A stretch of 58,456 bases of DNA, filler included, from Sphacelaria rigidula (lineage: Eukaryota), in assembly GCA_964200075.2 (NCBI GenBank). It is 7 parts of 7 records of this genome, joined end to end, with 100 filler letters (N's around TTAATTAATTAA, not from the genome) between each part and the next. Parts side by side here need not be neighbours in the genome. Positions count along the whole stretch, not along the records: positions 33,466 to 41,729 come from CAXNAA020011726.1; positions 41,830 to 50,093 come from CAXNAA020011727.1; 5 more parts are not named here. One strand, 5' to 3'. The position numbers and the translations under genes are program-made. Positions 34,071 through 47,008 of this stretch are shown piece by piece. Position 1 is the first letter of the stretch; every line of letters begins with the position of its first letter. A model generated the notes under the pieces. The model did no database searches and was not told the DNA's origin. It saw only the letters and a program-made list of their open reading frames with translations.

Positions 34071-35978
34071 CTCTGTATACATCGATCCTCGCCCCCGCAC
34101 CAGTCTACACCGCATAAAAAAATGAAATTGACTACTTGTTGTAGCCTATGCCTTGTCTTGAGGATTTCCGGGCGTCTTGGTATGTTCCTGTGTGTTGCAG
34201 TTTGTCCCGGCGCTATAAAATTACAACGGCATACAGTACGGCGTACGTTTCGCATGATTTTACAACTACGATTTTTTCTTCGCGAGTACGCACAGCATGT
34301 TTTGCTCCAGCCTTACAGCAGTAAGTATTTGTGTTCAGGGAATGGGGACAGGACGGAACACGATAAAAAAAAAGTCACATGGCAGTGTATGATTTCGTCA
34401 AACCTGTGGGATGTGTGACCCCAACAAAAAATAAGCCAAGCATGTTGGTAAAGCCTCCGGTGTGGGTACACAAAGGCAGCAACGACTACCTGGCCACTCA
34501 CACCTGACACCGTGTCGCGAGTATGAAACACCGGGATATTTAGATGTTACAGTAGCCACCCTGACCCGAATGGTCACTCAATACAGGATCCACTGTATTG
34601 AGTCTAGGCTACTTTGACAGCGACAGCTAGTCAGCTTGTCGTGCAGCACTAACCACACGAGAGAAGGTCTCAGCAAGTGCACAGCGCCGACGGTGACTTG
34701 CAACAAAGCAAAGGGGACATGTGTTCGAGTACCAGGTATTAATTGGACATCGCTCACACAAGACGACGCAAGACTATGGCATCAAACACCGTACTACTGT
34801 GACATACCCATTGCACTGTCTGTAGACTCAAGCTGACTCTACCTCGGACATGTGAAATAGAAACCAGAAGCTCAGAAGACTCGATGAGAGGATGAGTTGA
34901 CTACTGATCTCGATGGGGGCAAAGCCCATAGCGTGAAGTACAATACACTTGGGATCTCGGTCATGACCTACTTATCCGTTACCGGCTATCACCTCAAGAT
35001 TAGAATATCTTCACTGCAAATACGTGAGCATTAAATCCGGACTTATTCCTCCGGGTCTTCGAAATGTTCACCGATTTGGGGATCAACTATAGAAAAAAAA
35101 GCATGGCTCAAAATATTTTAGGTACTCGCCGCTTTTGAAACACAGTAACGTCGGGCTTTTTCCCAAGAAAAAATATTCCAAGCATGAAAGTCGCTGGGTG
35201 ACGGCAGACAAGTCTTCAGCCCCCGATTGATACGGCACAACAGTTGTATTTATACAATCACAGTAGGTCCCGATAAAAAAAACACCGCGTAACACCTTGT
35301 CCCTACCGTGCACGTACCAGTACCTGTACGTGGAAAAATGGCATGGGAATCCAAAGTCATCCGGCGATGGCTGTTGGCAAATGAAGGCCATCTAAGGTAG
35401 AGAAGTATAAGCTAAGCGCTTCGAATATAAGCGGGGTGACACTGAGATCCGCAGCTTGATGTATTTTTGCCTCTACACGGGTGGGGCTACAGTAGTCTCA
35501 AAACCATACCCCACTGCACAGAAGCACGTACCAAACCTGCGGGCGGGACACAAGCCCCCCCCCGCCTCCCCGATATTTGCAACTTCGTCGCTAAACGTGT
35601 GTTGCTACTTACAATACCACCACTACACACAAACATAGCTCCTACCGCATACATTACATCAGCGGGCACAACAAGAGACTCCCGCATCGTCAATCGCGTA
35701 TACCTGAAAGCATAAGAGCAGTACACAACACAAGAATGCGATTCTCGCTCGCGGCGAGGAAATCGGCATGTATTGCGTGAGGTTACCACATTTCAAGGGC
35801 AAACAGAGGAACACACACAGCCAACTCTCATGCAAACATGTCCCAACCAAGGGGATCAGCCGCGGCCACAGTGCACGAACTCTACAAGCGCTACCCTGTA
35901 GATTGCGCCAGAAAAAATGACCCCCACGAGTCGCGGACCAAGAAGCGACCTCGGCTCCCGCTTGTCATGTACAAATTG

Positions 35979-38900
35979 TCACAGTTCCTTTGTCTTCCTG
36001 GCGACGTCCTCCGCATCATCAGTAAAAAGCACGTAATATATTATGCAAAGCACGACCACCAGACCTATCCACTGGTAAATTTGTATCCCCTCCGACTCGT
36101 CCCACCCCATCATTTCCATTTCGAACGTCAGCGTCGCGTTCGGGGGGATAGGTCCCGTGCCACTAGCTCCGTAACCGTACTCCGGCCCCACGGTGAGAAT
36201 GCATCGCTCCCCCTTTTGCATCGTGGACGCCGCGAAGTCCCAGCCTCGAATGACCTCACCTTTCCCTAGCCTGAACTCTATCGGGCCTGCGAGAGCGTGG
36301 ACAAGACGAATTGTGTGATTTCACCCTTGGAGGAACAAGAACGTACCTTGCATATTTTCTAGGCTGACGCTTATGTTCAACCATTTAATACCGATTTGCG
36401 AACGTACACGCTAGCATCATGCATTTGGATCGAACCGGGCGTCGATTGCGAAAGTTGACGCTTAAAATGGAGGCCCACACCAAAATCAGGTAGCAGCGAG
36501 ATGTCGAAAAGCAAATGAGCGGGTTGCATCGACCTAAATGTGAAAGCAACACAAAGACTCACCTCGGCTAGCACTTGTGTCGAACTCCGTGCCATCTTTC
36601 AACTTTCCTGTGTAGTGTACCCGCACCTGAGGTCGTGCAACAGTCGAAATTCGAACACGAACCGTTGGACCCCCCAAAAAAAACATGAGCTGAACAGTGT
36701 AACATCTGCCGAGGGGGGGGGGGGTTGCACGTAGTTTTATTCAGCATAACCGCCACAGGGGGTACGGCGGTCAAGGTAGGATGACGCACCACAGGTGCCC
36801 TAGATTTTTAGGGTGTTCGCGATGCGAAGTATTCAATGATACGGGAGTATTGACTGGGGTAAATCATCAAGCGTTTCCGGGCTGTGTTGTACGGTGCACC
36901 TTTCGTGATGTTGGTACTGTAATCAACACGCTACAACAGTCAGCGCAGAAAGTGGGGAAGCTCTTTCATAGCTTGCACTCATGGCTCGTAACTCAACAGC
37001 TGACAGCATGTACCACATATGGTCAGATCTAGTTGACTGAAATACACGAATGAAGCACAGCACGTGTAGACACGCCACTTATACCCTGTTGCAATTAACC
37101 ATTCACGGAAGTGTGCTTCCTGCGGAAGCAACTCATGCAGCCAATGTCTCGCGCCCGGTCTACACCTCGAATCCAAGCGCTAAAAAAGTCCTGCAAAATG
37201 TAACTTAGTTCAAGCAACAACAGCACCACCACTCAGTTCCCGTACGAGGGGCCGCAGAAAGAAGATATCCTGGCAGCTTCGCAGGTGGTAAATCTATGAA
37301 TTTTTGCCCCCCCTTTCTTGAACCTCGAGAATGTTCTTGCTCATATGTATAACTCGTTAGGAAACTTGATCTTCTCCTACATCTTATATATAGGGTGTAG
37401 CGGGGCCCCCCAGGAAACTCAACAACTCAACCTCACTGATTCTTCATTCCCCATATCTCTCTGTCTGTTTTACCTTTCTATTTTCTTCCTTTTTCTTCAG
37501 CGATTGCTTCCGTTTTGTTTTTATCTCGAGTACATCTATAATGCGGATAATGACCGGGGCTGGATTATGACTCCTGGGGGATCAGCCAAAGTACGACAAC
37601 CGAACAAAAGATCAAACCACATTTGCGCTACAGTATCTCTCGAACCCGTGGTCACCGGCGATCTTCAGGTCCGAAAATCCGACCTCTGACACTACCGCTA
37701 GTTTTCGAAGGATAAGCATAGCGTGATACGTTTGTGAGTAGCCGCTAGGAGGTCGCTTGGGTCCTGAACGGAATTGCGCTGGAGTCTTACTTGTAGATAT
37801 GGTTGAGCCTGCGAGGCTGTCCGGCACTTTTTTGCCTACGGTTAACGCGAAATCCTACCGAGGTCACCCTTCCCTGACTCTCAATGCCACGAGCTCCCGC
37901 TCGGGCAGCAGGGGTTTGTCAGGAGGACAAGGTCAACGGTTCGGTTCCATGCGCATGGCTCGTGTGTGTGAGTTTGTTCTGCTCTTTGCTCAGTTGACTG
38001 TTGGGGAAAGGGGGGAAAAACTGTAAACCTCAGGTACAAACAAGAACACCACCCAGCCACACCGGCACTCGCCGCCTAGAGCACTTGCACCCTCACTAAA
38101 AACGCCACGCCGCTCAGCTGTCTTAAAACAGCTGCGTTGACCATAAATGTACTTCTGTTTGCGCGATGGTGACCACCGTGCCCTGATATTCAGTTTTTTA
38201 GTGTTTTTAATTGGTAATCCTGCTGGCCACAGCTTATACACCAATGTCTTCGACGCGCGACATATGTGGAGGAGTAGAGCGTATAGCGGGATCTGAGGTT
38301 TGCGGACCGGGATGAATCGTGTCAACATGCAACAGTCAGCTGTCGGATTGTATCAGATTTTGAATCGGATCATACTTAGTCGAATACCAATGGATGACTG
38401 TCGTTGGTATTTCTACAGCTTGCGATGCCGCGACTTGCTCCAGGACGGGAAAGTCCCACGCACAAGATGGAAGAACGTCTAGGGAATTTATCCATCCGTA
38501 AGTTTTCGTCTGTGCTTCGTCTCGAGTGGCGTACCTGCTTCGGATTCACGAGAGGAGCATAGTGTGACAACTCCTATGTAGGTCTTGTCTCTCGAGCCAA
38601 GACTACTATTCCGAACCCTCGAAGAAAAGAACAGAAGCGGCCAACTGGTTCATGGGTGCTGAAGGGTATATTACTCTGATTACTATACCTAGGCTTGTAT
38701 TTATAATGCTAGCATAATTTCTGGCATAATTCCACCTTGGTAGCATAAATAGCATAGCGTTTCAGCAAGTAGCATGATCCATAATTTGCACATTAGGAGC
38801 ATAATCGAGCATAAATTTTTACCTCGGGGAGTTGGCACACTGGTCTAAATGTTGGCCTGCTGTAATATCTTTGGCGAAACCTCTGCCTTTATCGACCGCG

Positions 38901-41311
38901 GGTCTGAAACACGTGTATATTTTGGAACTAGTCATTCACTGACACTGATGGCAGTGAAAAGCTGCCAGTCTGATAGTGATCGGTGGGTCTGTATCCCGTC
39001 GAAAATGGCATCCTTGTTGGATATGACGAGCATAATCGAGCATAAATCCACGTTGCTAGCATAACTCAAGCATATTTTTTTGAGAATATGAGCACAAGTC
39101 GAGTATGATTTTGGTGAGATTACTAGCATAAAAAATGACTTTACTAGCATGATAAGTAAACGCCAAACTATACAGTATTATTCCTTTCCAATAATATGGA
39201 GGCGGTATTTTTGGAGATTAGGGGCCCCAACACAGTACACCAGGCGTCTGATTATACTGAAACTTGACGGATGTGTGGACTGAAGCCGCAGGTAGGTGTT
39301 GACGCAGGCAGCAGTTCCGGCGACTCAAGGCGTTTCGTGCGCTGCGTGGCTTGAAAGGATGATTATGCACGATGCTGCAGTGATTCCGAAAACAAGAACA
39401 TTTTATGCTGGCAATTCTAGAGGAACACGATATGAAATTCGCGCGGAGGCAGGAGTAGATCTTGCCATCCTTGTTGTTTACATCGGCCCCCTGTTGGTAG
39501 AGACTGGACCAAGGCCGGAAATAACCACCCGTTAACGTTCTCCATATGTTAGGGGCAGATGCCCCTGAGTTTATACGCCGTGCCGAGCACGACGCGGCCG
39601 CACGACGCAGCCAAGGAGATGAGTGTCTTCTGTCAAGGACCACTGCGGACCTGCTCGGGCAGGGGGCAACATCTCCTCCCTCACAGTGCCAGACTTAGCG
39701 TGGCCGGTACCACGACGGTCTGAAACTGACTAGGGCAGTTGCTGTAGTTTTCTTTTATCAGAATCAACCAGATTTTCTTCCGTGGTGTGCTCCCGCGTTA
39801 AGGTATTCACCTTTCTCTGGGAGGCACGTGATCGCCCTTGTGCAGAGTTTTTACTTGGTTCCAGACTAGGACAGAGGGCGAGTTGCAATTCGATCTTTTG
39901 TCACGAATGAATCGCGGATATTCTAGCCCATTAGAGGCGTTGCTCGCATCGTATAGTCAGTACTATACTACTCGTTGTACTATTATAGCATTAGGAACAC
40001 ACAGTGTCAACTTCGTCGGGTATTACCGTGCGCGAGTACATATCGTGCAATAAACGCTTTCCACATTCGTAGGATATGCATGTTTTCCCATCCGGCTGTC
40101 AAACGCGCGAAAGCTGGTCTGTAGCGCCAGGTATCCGTGCTGATGTGGAGACCTCTCTTCCAAGGACGTTTGCCCCTCTAGCCTCACCATATCTTAGGCC
40201 CTAGAGTATGACCGTCTCCAATTAACGCCGCGGATGAATCATAATTTCAGCACAATGCCTCATAATATGAGGCGACCTTACGAACTATACGTAAATAATG
40301 GTTGGTACAATGGAGATGCCGCCAATTCTAACGCTAACCCTCACCCTCACCCCGACCAAGGCATACCGAGAACCCTCGGGCAAGAGAGGTACAAGTGATC
40401 CGTAGGCAAAGTGTGCGTTGCCAGAGCTCAAATCGACGCCTTTCAGCTGATTTTGAACCAAAACACGTTCTGGACGACCTGGGTCTACTGCTCACCACTG
40501 ATCACCTGACCCAGACCATGATTTTTTTCAGAACTTTCTCCAGTCTGGAATTAAGTAAAATCGAGTACCAACCATTGTTTACGTACAGTTCGTAAGGTCT
40601 ACTGCATAATATTGAAAAGGAATAACACTTTATACCTCCCCAGCCCCCCAAAAATAGCTCAAGAGAAGAACTGGGGTGTGGTGCAGGAACTGAGAGATGT
40701 TTCACCTGTTCTAACCGGCATCTCTCTTTCGGTATTAGCGGACTACAATGATAGTGGGCTGCCACGGTTACGACAGGACCGCGCGCCTGTTTTTCAGGAC
40801 ACCACCACCAAACTTCGTGAAAGTACTGGCGTCGTGCTTTCTATTTCTCTGTGCTGTTCCAATTCATCTGGGTATCATGATCAGAAACAGTCACACCTAC
40901 AGTAGTGGAAGACCTACCTAACCGACACCATTGCAGGCATTTGCTCGACATGACCAAGACCAAAGCATGGACGCTACGTAACAGTATATGTTCGTGTGAA
41001 GGCGCTGCTCAACACCTGTTGACACACAAGAGTGCTAGGATATACTAATACTGTACTGTAGTACTGTATTGATCACGGAACCTTGACGAAACACGAATAA
41101 TGAGCATCCAACTCACGTTCTTCCCCACTGGTGCCAACTGTCCGTCCCCTGCCCTGACAATCTTCTTCATCAGGACGCCAGGTATAGATGGCTCGGAAAG
41201 ATCAACCATCTTATCTGTCTCCTGTTCACCGCCGTATTTGGCCGCCCGCAGCTCAGCACCAGCCTTTTCCTTCGCCTGGCCCTCATGGTACATGGCGCTC
41301 AGAAGTGCCAT
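35979..41311 (-). CDS. FKBP-type peptidyl-prolyl isomerase with a C-terminal TM helix, 188 aa; exons 41117-41311, 36563-36626 and 35979-36286
   Basis: Spliced: …GVLMKKIVRAGDGQLAPVGKN-VRVHYTGKLKDGTEFDTSASRG-PIEFRLGKGEVIRGWDFAASTMQKGERCILTVGPEYGYGASGTGPIPPNATLTFEMEMM…WIGLVVVLCIIYYVLF…RKTKEL*. The introns are GT-AG with phases 0 and 1. Confidence 0.92.
38691..39163. mobile_element. MITE-like element with many AGCATAA subterminal repeats
   Basis: Degenerate inverted termini GGCTTGTATTTATAATGCTAG and CTAGCATGATAAGTAAACGCC. GAGCATAATCGAGCATAAAT occurs at both about 38797 and about 39028. Confidence 0.5.
40274..40599. mobile_element. 326-bp TIR element containing the telomere-like repeat module
   Basis: 35-bp TIRs GACCTTACGAACTATACGTAAATAATGGTTGGTAC and GTACCAACCATTGTTTACGTACAGTTCGTAAGGTC, with 2 mismatches. 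Confidence 0.75.
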
Positions 41312-44300
41312 TTTTCAAAGCCAAGTTACGAGTTACAGCAACAAGAACACTGTCCAGTATATTGGTTGAGCTACTGCCCGATACGATATCGTGTTAGCAG
41401 CTTTCCCCAACTCACGCTACCGCTCCGTTTAGTCTCCGCACGATGGACAAGGAAGTACCACTGTTGTCGTGTAGCAGAGTGTAACGGATAGCAGGTGTAG
41501 GTGAAGGTGCACCAGCCTGTCTACCGACAAAACGCGGGGTGATATCGCACTGGTCACCGCACATTTTTTTGCCATTCTCTAAATGCCCAGAGGGTGTAAT
41601 ACATTCAGGGCCAATAAAATAATCAATAATGTGACTGGTGATGAATAAAAAATTACCCTCACTTATAAGGCCGCTTCTTTTAATAGACAAAAATAAAAAC
41701 CCGGAAAAAAGTATTTTTGGAGCTTTTACNNNNNNNNNNNNNNNNNNNNNNNNNNNNNNNNNNNNNNNNNNNNTTAATTAATTAANNNNNNNNNNNNNNN
41801 NNNNNNNNNNNNNNNNNNNNNNNNNNNNNCTAGGTTTTGGTGGCTTGTTTTACAGCGCCGTTGCCACTCGACGCCAACCCAAGAGTCTAGAGGTGAGGGG
41901 GGAGAAGGGGGAGTGGCGACAGTTTCGGGCGATGCGATCGTTTTGATGTAAATCACGAACTTCCGGTTCCGAAAAACATCTGTTCCTAATCTCACGAACA
42001 TGTTATCTACATTCGTTGACTGCGGATGCCCTACGGTGCATATACCTCGTCAGGTTTGTTGCATTCCATTTCTGCATCAGGTATGAGACTTCTAGTCGTC
42101 CTCCTCCTGTCTCTCTCGTTCTATTCGTCTGTCTGCCTGACGTCCCTCAATGTAGAAAAACTCTATTTTCGTTCAGGAGCTCGTTCAGCTAGATCCGTCG
42201 ACGAAGCTGAGCCCTACTCAGGATACGGGGCATCATGATGGGTGTGTGCGAGAGTGGTGCCATCAACCAGGGTCATGATCTACGTCAAGTCTCGTCGGGG
42301 AAGGGAGATTGAGAAACACAAGTCGAGCTTGAGAGAGAAGCTTGCGATCATGATCCATACAGACGATGGTTGCACAGTTTGGAATTGAAAGTTTAACTCG
42401 TCAACAGAAATTAGATTGTGCTTTTATCGTGTCCAGGACGTTTTGGTAGACATAAAACATTGAACCTACCTTATTTTCATGAACGTATGGCTTAATGTCG
42501 ACCAGTAGCAGCAGAGGCACGCCCCCCCCCCGCTTCATTTGAATACTTGTTTGGCAATGGCCCAAGAATCTGAGAATATTTGACGCCTAAATATATCGCC
42601 TGAAATAAAACAAAGGAAACAAGACCAAGAACGAGTTCATTGATTACCCGACGCATTAATTAATTCGATTGGTTATCATACATGAACTGTTCTCCGAGGA
42701 ATCCACCCGACGTCACAAGATCGACACACCCCAAGTTTGGAACAAAACGGAGAACACTCGCTCAAGGAAAAAGAGCCGATCATCGAAATTGGGAATGGAG
42801 CTTTTCGTTGAGGATGAAGAAGCCCCGGGATGGCGCACGGAAAGCGCCGATATACATATATTCCCCGAAAATACTTCGGTAGTTCTTGGATAAAAATGCG
42901 AGTATGGCGAAAAAATAATATTCGACCACCGGAAAACGCAAAGGTGTCCTGAAGCCGTCTCGAGTTTAGTTTGATCCGATGGACCCCGCCCCGAGACTCC
43001 AAAGCCGGCGTCACCCCTCTTCATCATTTTTTATGATCCAACTCGTCGCTGATCATGACTGTTCTGATTATTTCGTATTGAAATCGGTCACTGAAAGCAA
43101 TGTTGCCTTTGTACTGGGTCAAACGTGAGCTCAAGTTTAAAGTTGCGCTTTTGTTTTTAGAAAATGAAATTCAGGTCCCGACCTGCATTTATACAAAGAA
43201 GAATCCCGACCACCAGGTATGGGTAACACACAACCATTCAAGCAATCCGGTTGGACCCTAAGAATTTGAATCTCACTCTTCTGCTCATTTTATGTTACCC
43301 TTCGGGGACCGGACTTTCGGGGGGGAACTCCATGGGTATTTTCCGCGCGCCATTCCGGGGCTTCCTTATCCTCATTGAAAAGCCCCATCCTTACTTTAAA
43401 TGATTGACTGTACGAAAGTTGATCAAGGGAGCGTCCAAAAGGAAGTTAGGAACAATGGAGTACACTGAACCAAGACGATACGACACTATGGAATCGACAT
43501 ACTTCTACGAAACAGAAGATGAAATACCACACCTCACCCAAAGGAACCGAGCAAACAAGACGCAACAAAACAAAGCAACGCCGAAACGTGGAAGCAGGTT
43601 ATCGACCTCATGCGCCAAAGAGCTTTTCGTCGCCAGAGACGAAGGAGAAATGGCCGTGGTGGCTGACAATTATGTTCTTGTTTCTTACACCATTTGCACA
43701 TACTGAATACTGAAACTTTACATTCCAACAAAAAAGCGCGTACAACAAGAGAATATATTCGATGATGGCAGTATTTACAAAAAAAGACGACGGCGACGAC
43801 GACGACGATAACGATAACGACCGTGACGACAGCGATCATCCACTTGGCAAAAACGATAGTGACGGGGAAGAAAGGCTGCACCCATGCCACACGCCTCCAT
43901 GACGGCACCCATGTCGGGCACTTCGCGGATCTGCACCAGTAGGCTACCCCAGCACGGGGTATCGAGGCTGAGAGGGCTCATTGCTCCTCACGCGCCCCAA
44001 GTCAAACGACAAGATGTTGATCTGTACTTTTCCGCCCCCCACCCACGCCCCTCACCCACGCCCTGGCCAAAACAAAATAGGAACGGAAATAATGTATGAT
44101 AACGTCAGATTTACGCGCTCATAACATACCACCAGTATATATATATATATTCAAATACATGAAGAATGAAACTCGTTTACCTGCGTATCTGCTCGCCGAA
44201 AAAAACAAAGAAAAAACATACGCCATGGGGTTCTCATCAACATTCATCTTGAGCTCCTTGTGAACGAATTTTCCCTGCCATCAGGGGCAGGGGCTGGTAG

Positions 44301-45304
44301 ACGATAAACGATAAGATGATGACCTTGTTGAGAAAATTCTGCTACTTTAGCATCAAATGCATTTTCGAATACATATACATATATATATATATATATCGGT
44401 GTATGAACATGTGTTTCGGTAATTTTGCGTCGCATACGAAACCAATATCACAGATCATCAATCCTATACGAAAGAGGGTTGCTGCTGCTGCTGCTGCTGC
44501 AGCAGCAGCATCGTATGCGTGCTACTTCTGAGGCAATACGTACATAAGGTACGAGGTGTGGCCGAGAGGGGAATGTTTGTGAGAAAGAGAACACGAGGGG
44601 GGAACACAGTAGACCTCGAGTATAGGAGAATAGATCGACGGTTCAGCTGAAGATCGGATTCACGTGCCCAGCACGCTCTCCGAAGGCCAGTGACTTCTGT
44701 ACATGACAGCAACCTTACCTCCTCGACCGCGAGTGATCCCTGGTGACCAGATATATGAGACACGGCTGGGCGAACAGGCTGTTCCGACACGTCGTCAGTA
44801 GTAACATGATAAGGGGGTGCCAAGGTCGAGTAGCTGTTAAGCACGTACTGTGTAAGGCCGGCAGGCAGATATTTGGGCATGTCACGAGTGTCGTGCGGGT
44901 TCGTGCGGTTTCGTGCAAGGTTTACATCGGTGCACAGAGATGCGAGATTTAGCATCATGTTCTTGAAATTTGCCTGAAGATCGCGAGGGAGATGGAGATA
45001 AAGAAGTTTTCGCCAAAAGACTTGCCATCAGGTGATGATGGCGAGGGTCCTGCGGTCAGAATCTTAAATGACCCTGTCTAGTCAAGGGATGATTCGGTCT
45101 CCACGACTGTCTCTTTGGTGGCTCTGTCTGCGCCATGGCGGATGGTCGACAAACTGTTGTAAGCCCAGACCCAATCGCGAACCTTCCAAGTAGAGTGTCT
45201 GTGCACCAAGTTGTGGAGAGCAGTATTGGATCTTTCCAGACGCGAAGCATTGATAGCGTGTTGCTCGCGTACGAGGGTGGTCGCTCTGTGCTGGCGTGCA
45301 CGCG

Positions 45305-46021
45305 CTAGGTCATGCTAGGATATCTGATCATGATCCAAGCCTTGGTGATCATCAAAGGTGTGCCTTTCAAACACGGTGATGGGAAAACGGGGGTAGTGGC
45401 CGAGATGTAATGCGTTCGGAGGGAGACCGGTAGCGGCGTTGACCGAGTTGTTATAAGACAGCATGACATGCGAAAGATAGAGATCTCAATCGTTTTGACG
45501 ATCGTTAACTGCCATAGATAGCATCTAGGCCATGGTGTGGTTGACTCTTCAGTGCCACCGTTGCCAATGGGGTGGTCGGCGCTCGTGGCTATCTTGCGGA
45601 TGCCCAGGAGCATATACAGTTCTTCCGAGAGATCGAAGCAAAATTGCTGACCATTGTCGGAGACGAGCCTTTTCGGACAACCATAGTGCTCAATATAGTC
45701 GTGAACTAGGATGTTTGCTGTGCCTGCGGCTGTGAAGTCTCCAACGGTGACTGTGTAGATAGACGCATGACGGCTGAAGCGGTCGGTAAAGAGTGAAATG
45801 TAGGTGTTACTGCGATCAGTGGTCGGTGAGGGACCGAAATAGTCAAAAGCCATGAGGTGACCAGGGGCGTTGGGAGTTCCATGGAAATGACGGGCCAACG
45901 TTTTTGTCTGCCATGAGGTTTTTAGAGTTTGACACTTGAAGCATCGCCGAATCCAAACGTGGGTGGACATTTCCATACCGATCCACCAGTAGAAACGTTC
46001 AAGTAGGGCTAATGTGCGCAT
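45305..46021 (-). pseudogene. Integrase core of the Gypsy element, frameshifted
   Basis: Remnant of the HHCC zinc finger (CFKC) and the D,D(35)E catalytic pattern. The frame drifts after GNGGTE. Confidence 0.88.
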
Positions 46022-47008
46022 GACACCAAGGTGGCAAGACAGGTCAGTGTGGTAGCCTTCACTACCTACGGCGGCATCAAAAATGAGGCATTAATGCGGA
46101 TGGGTTTGTCATCGAGTAGGCGTGCATGATGTCAAGTGGTCGCGGTTAAAGTTACGCTCGGCTGGGGCGTAGAGCGGCGGACAAACAGTTGAATACCGTC
46201 GCCAGTGGTGAAGATAGTACCTTTGCGTGCGAGTTCGTACACCCCAGAGGCGTTTGATGATGGCAGTGTACCAACCGAGGCCAGAACATTGGTCGAGATA
46301 GGGACAGGGCAGCCAAACTGTAGGTACCGCATGGTAGCGTTGCAGAATGGTTTTGCTTGTTGTTCACGAGCCCAATCACGATGGGAGTAACTGGCGAGGA
46401 ACTCGCGCAGTTGGCCTTCAGCCGGAGAGCCGACAAGGCATGGCGGCTAAGGGAATGGTGGGACAGGCGACGGGGCGGGGGTGCCAACGTCAATATCCAT
46501 ATCAGGATCAGCGTCGGAGGCATCCATTCTACCATCAGAAGGGGCGGGCACTGACGGTGCCGCGGAGGGCGGCGTTGTCGAAGTAATGCGCTCCGGAGAA
46601 CGTGATCGGCGCTTGTTACGTGCATTGCGCGTGACGGGTGTTAACGAAGCTCGTGGCGCGCTGTTGCGGGGAGCCGGTGCTACGCTGCTCGTCGGAGCAG
46701 TAGGTGTTGTCGCTGGCGGCGGGGCGCGCGGGGGGGTTCGCGCGGGCGGTAGACCGAGAGCGCGTATTGTCGGAAATGAGATGGATAACAGGGAGCTGTG
46801 GGATTGAAATATTCACGCAAGGGCCGATAGTGCGGAAATCGACAAAATCGGCGTTTTTGGGCTTGAGCCCACCCAAGACTGCATCATACGGTAGGGGGCT
46901 AGGGCCGCCCATGTGCACACCCGTCTCTGGGCAATGAAGGTCAAGGGCGTAAACGTGCGTTGAAAAACGCCGGATAGGGTACACACCTGGTTCATCGGGT
47001 TCAGTTAA

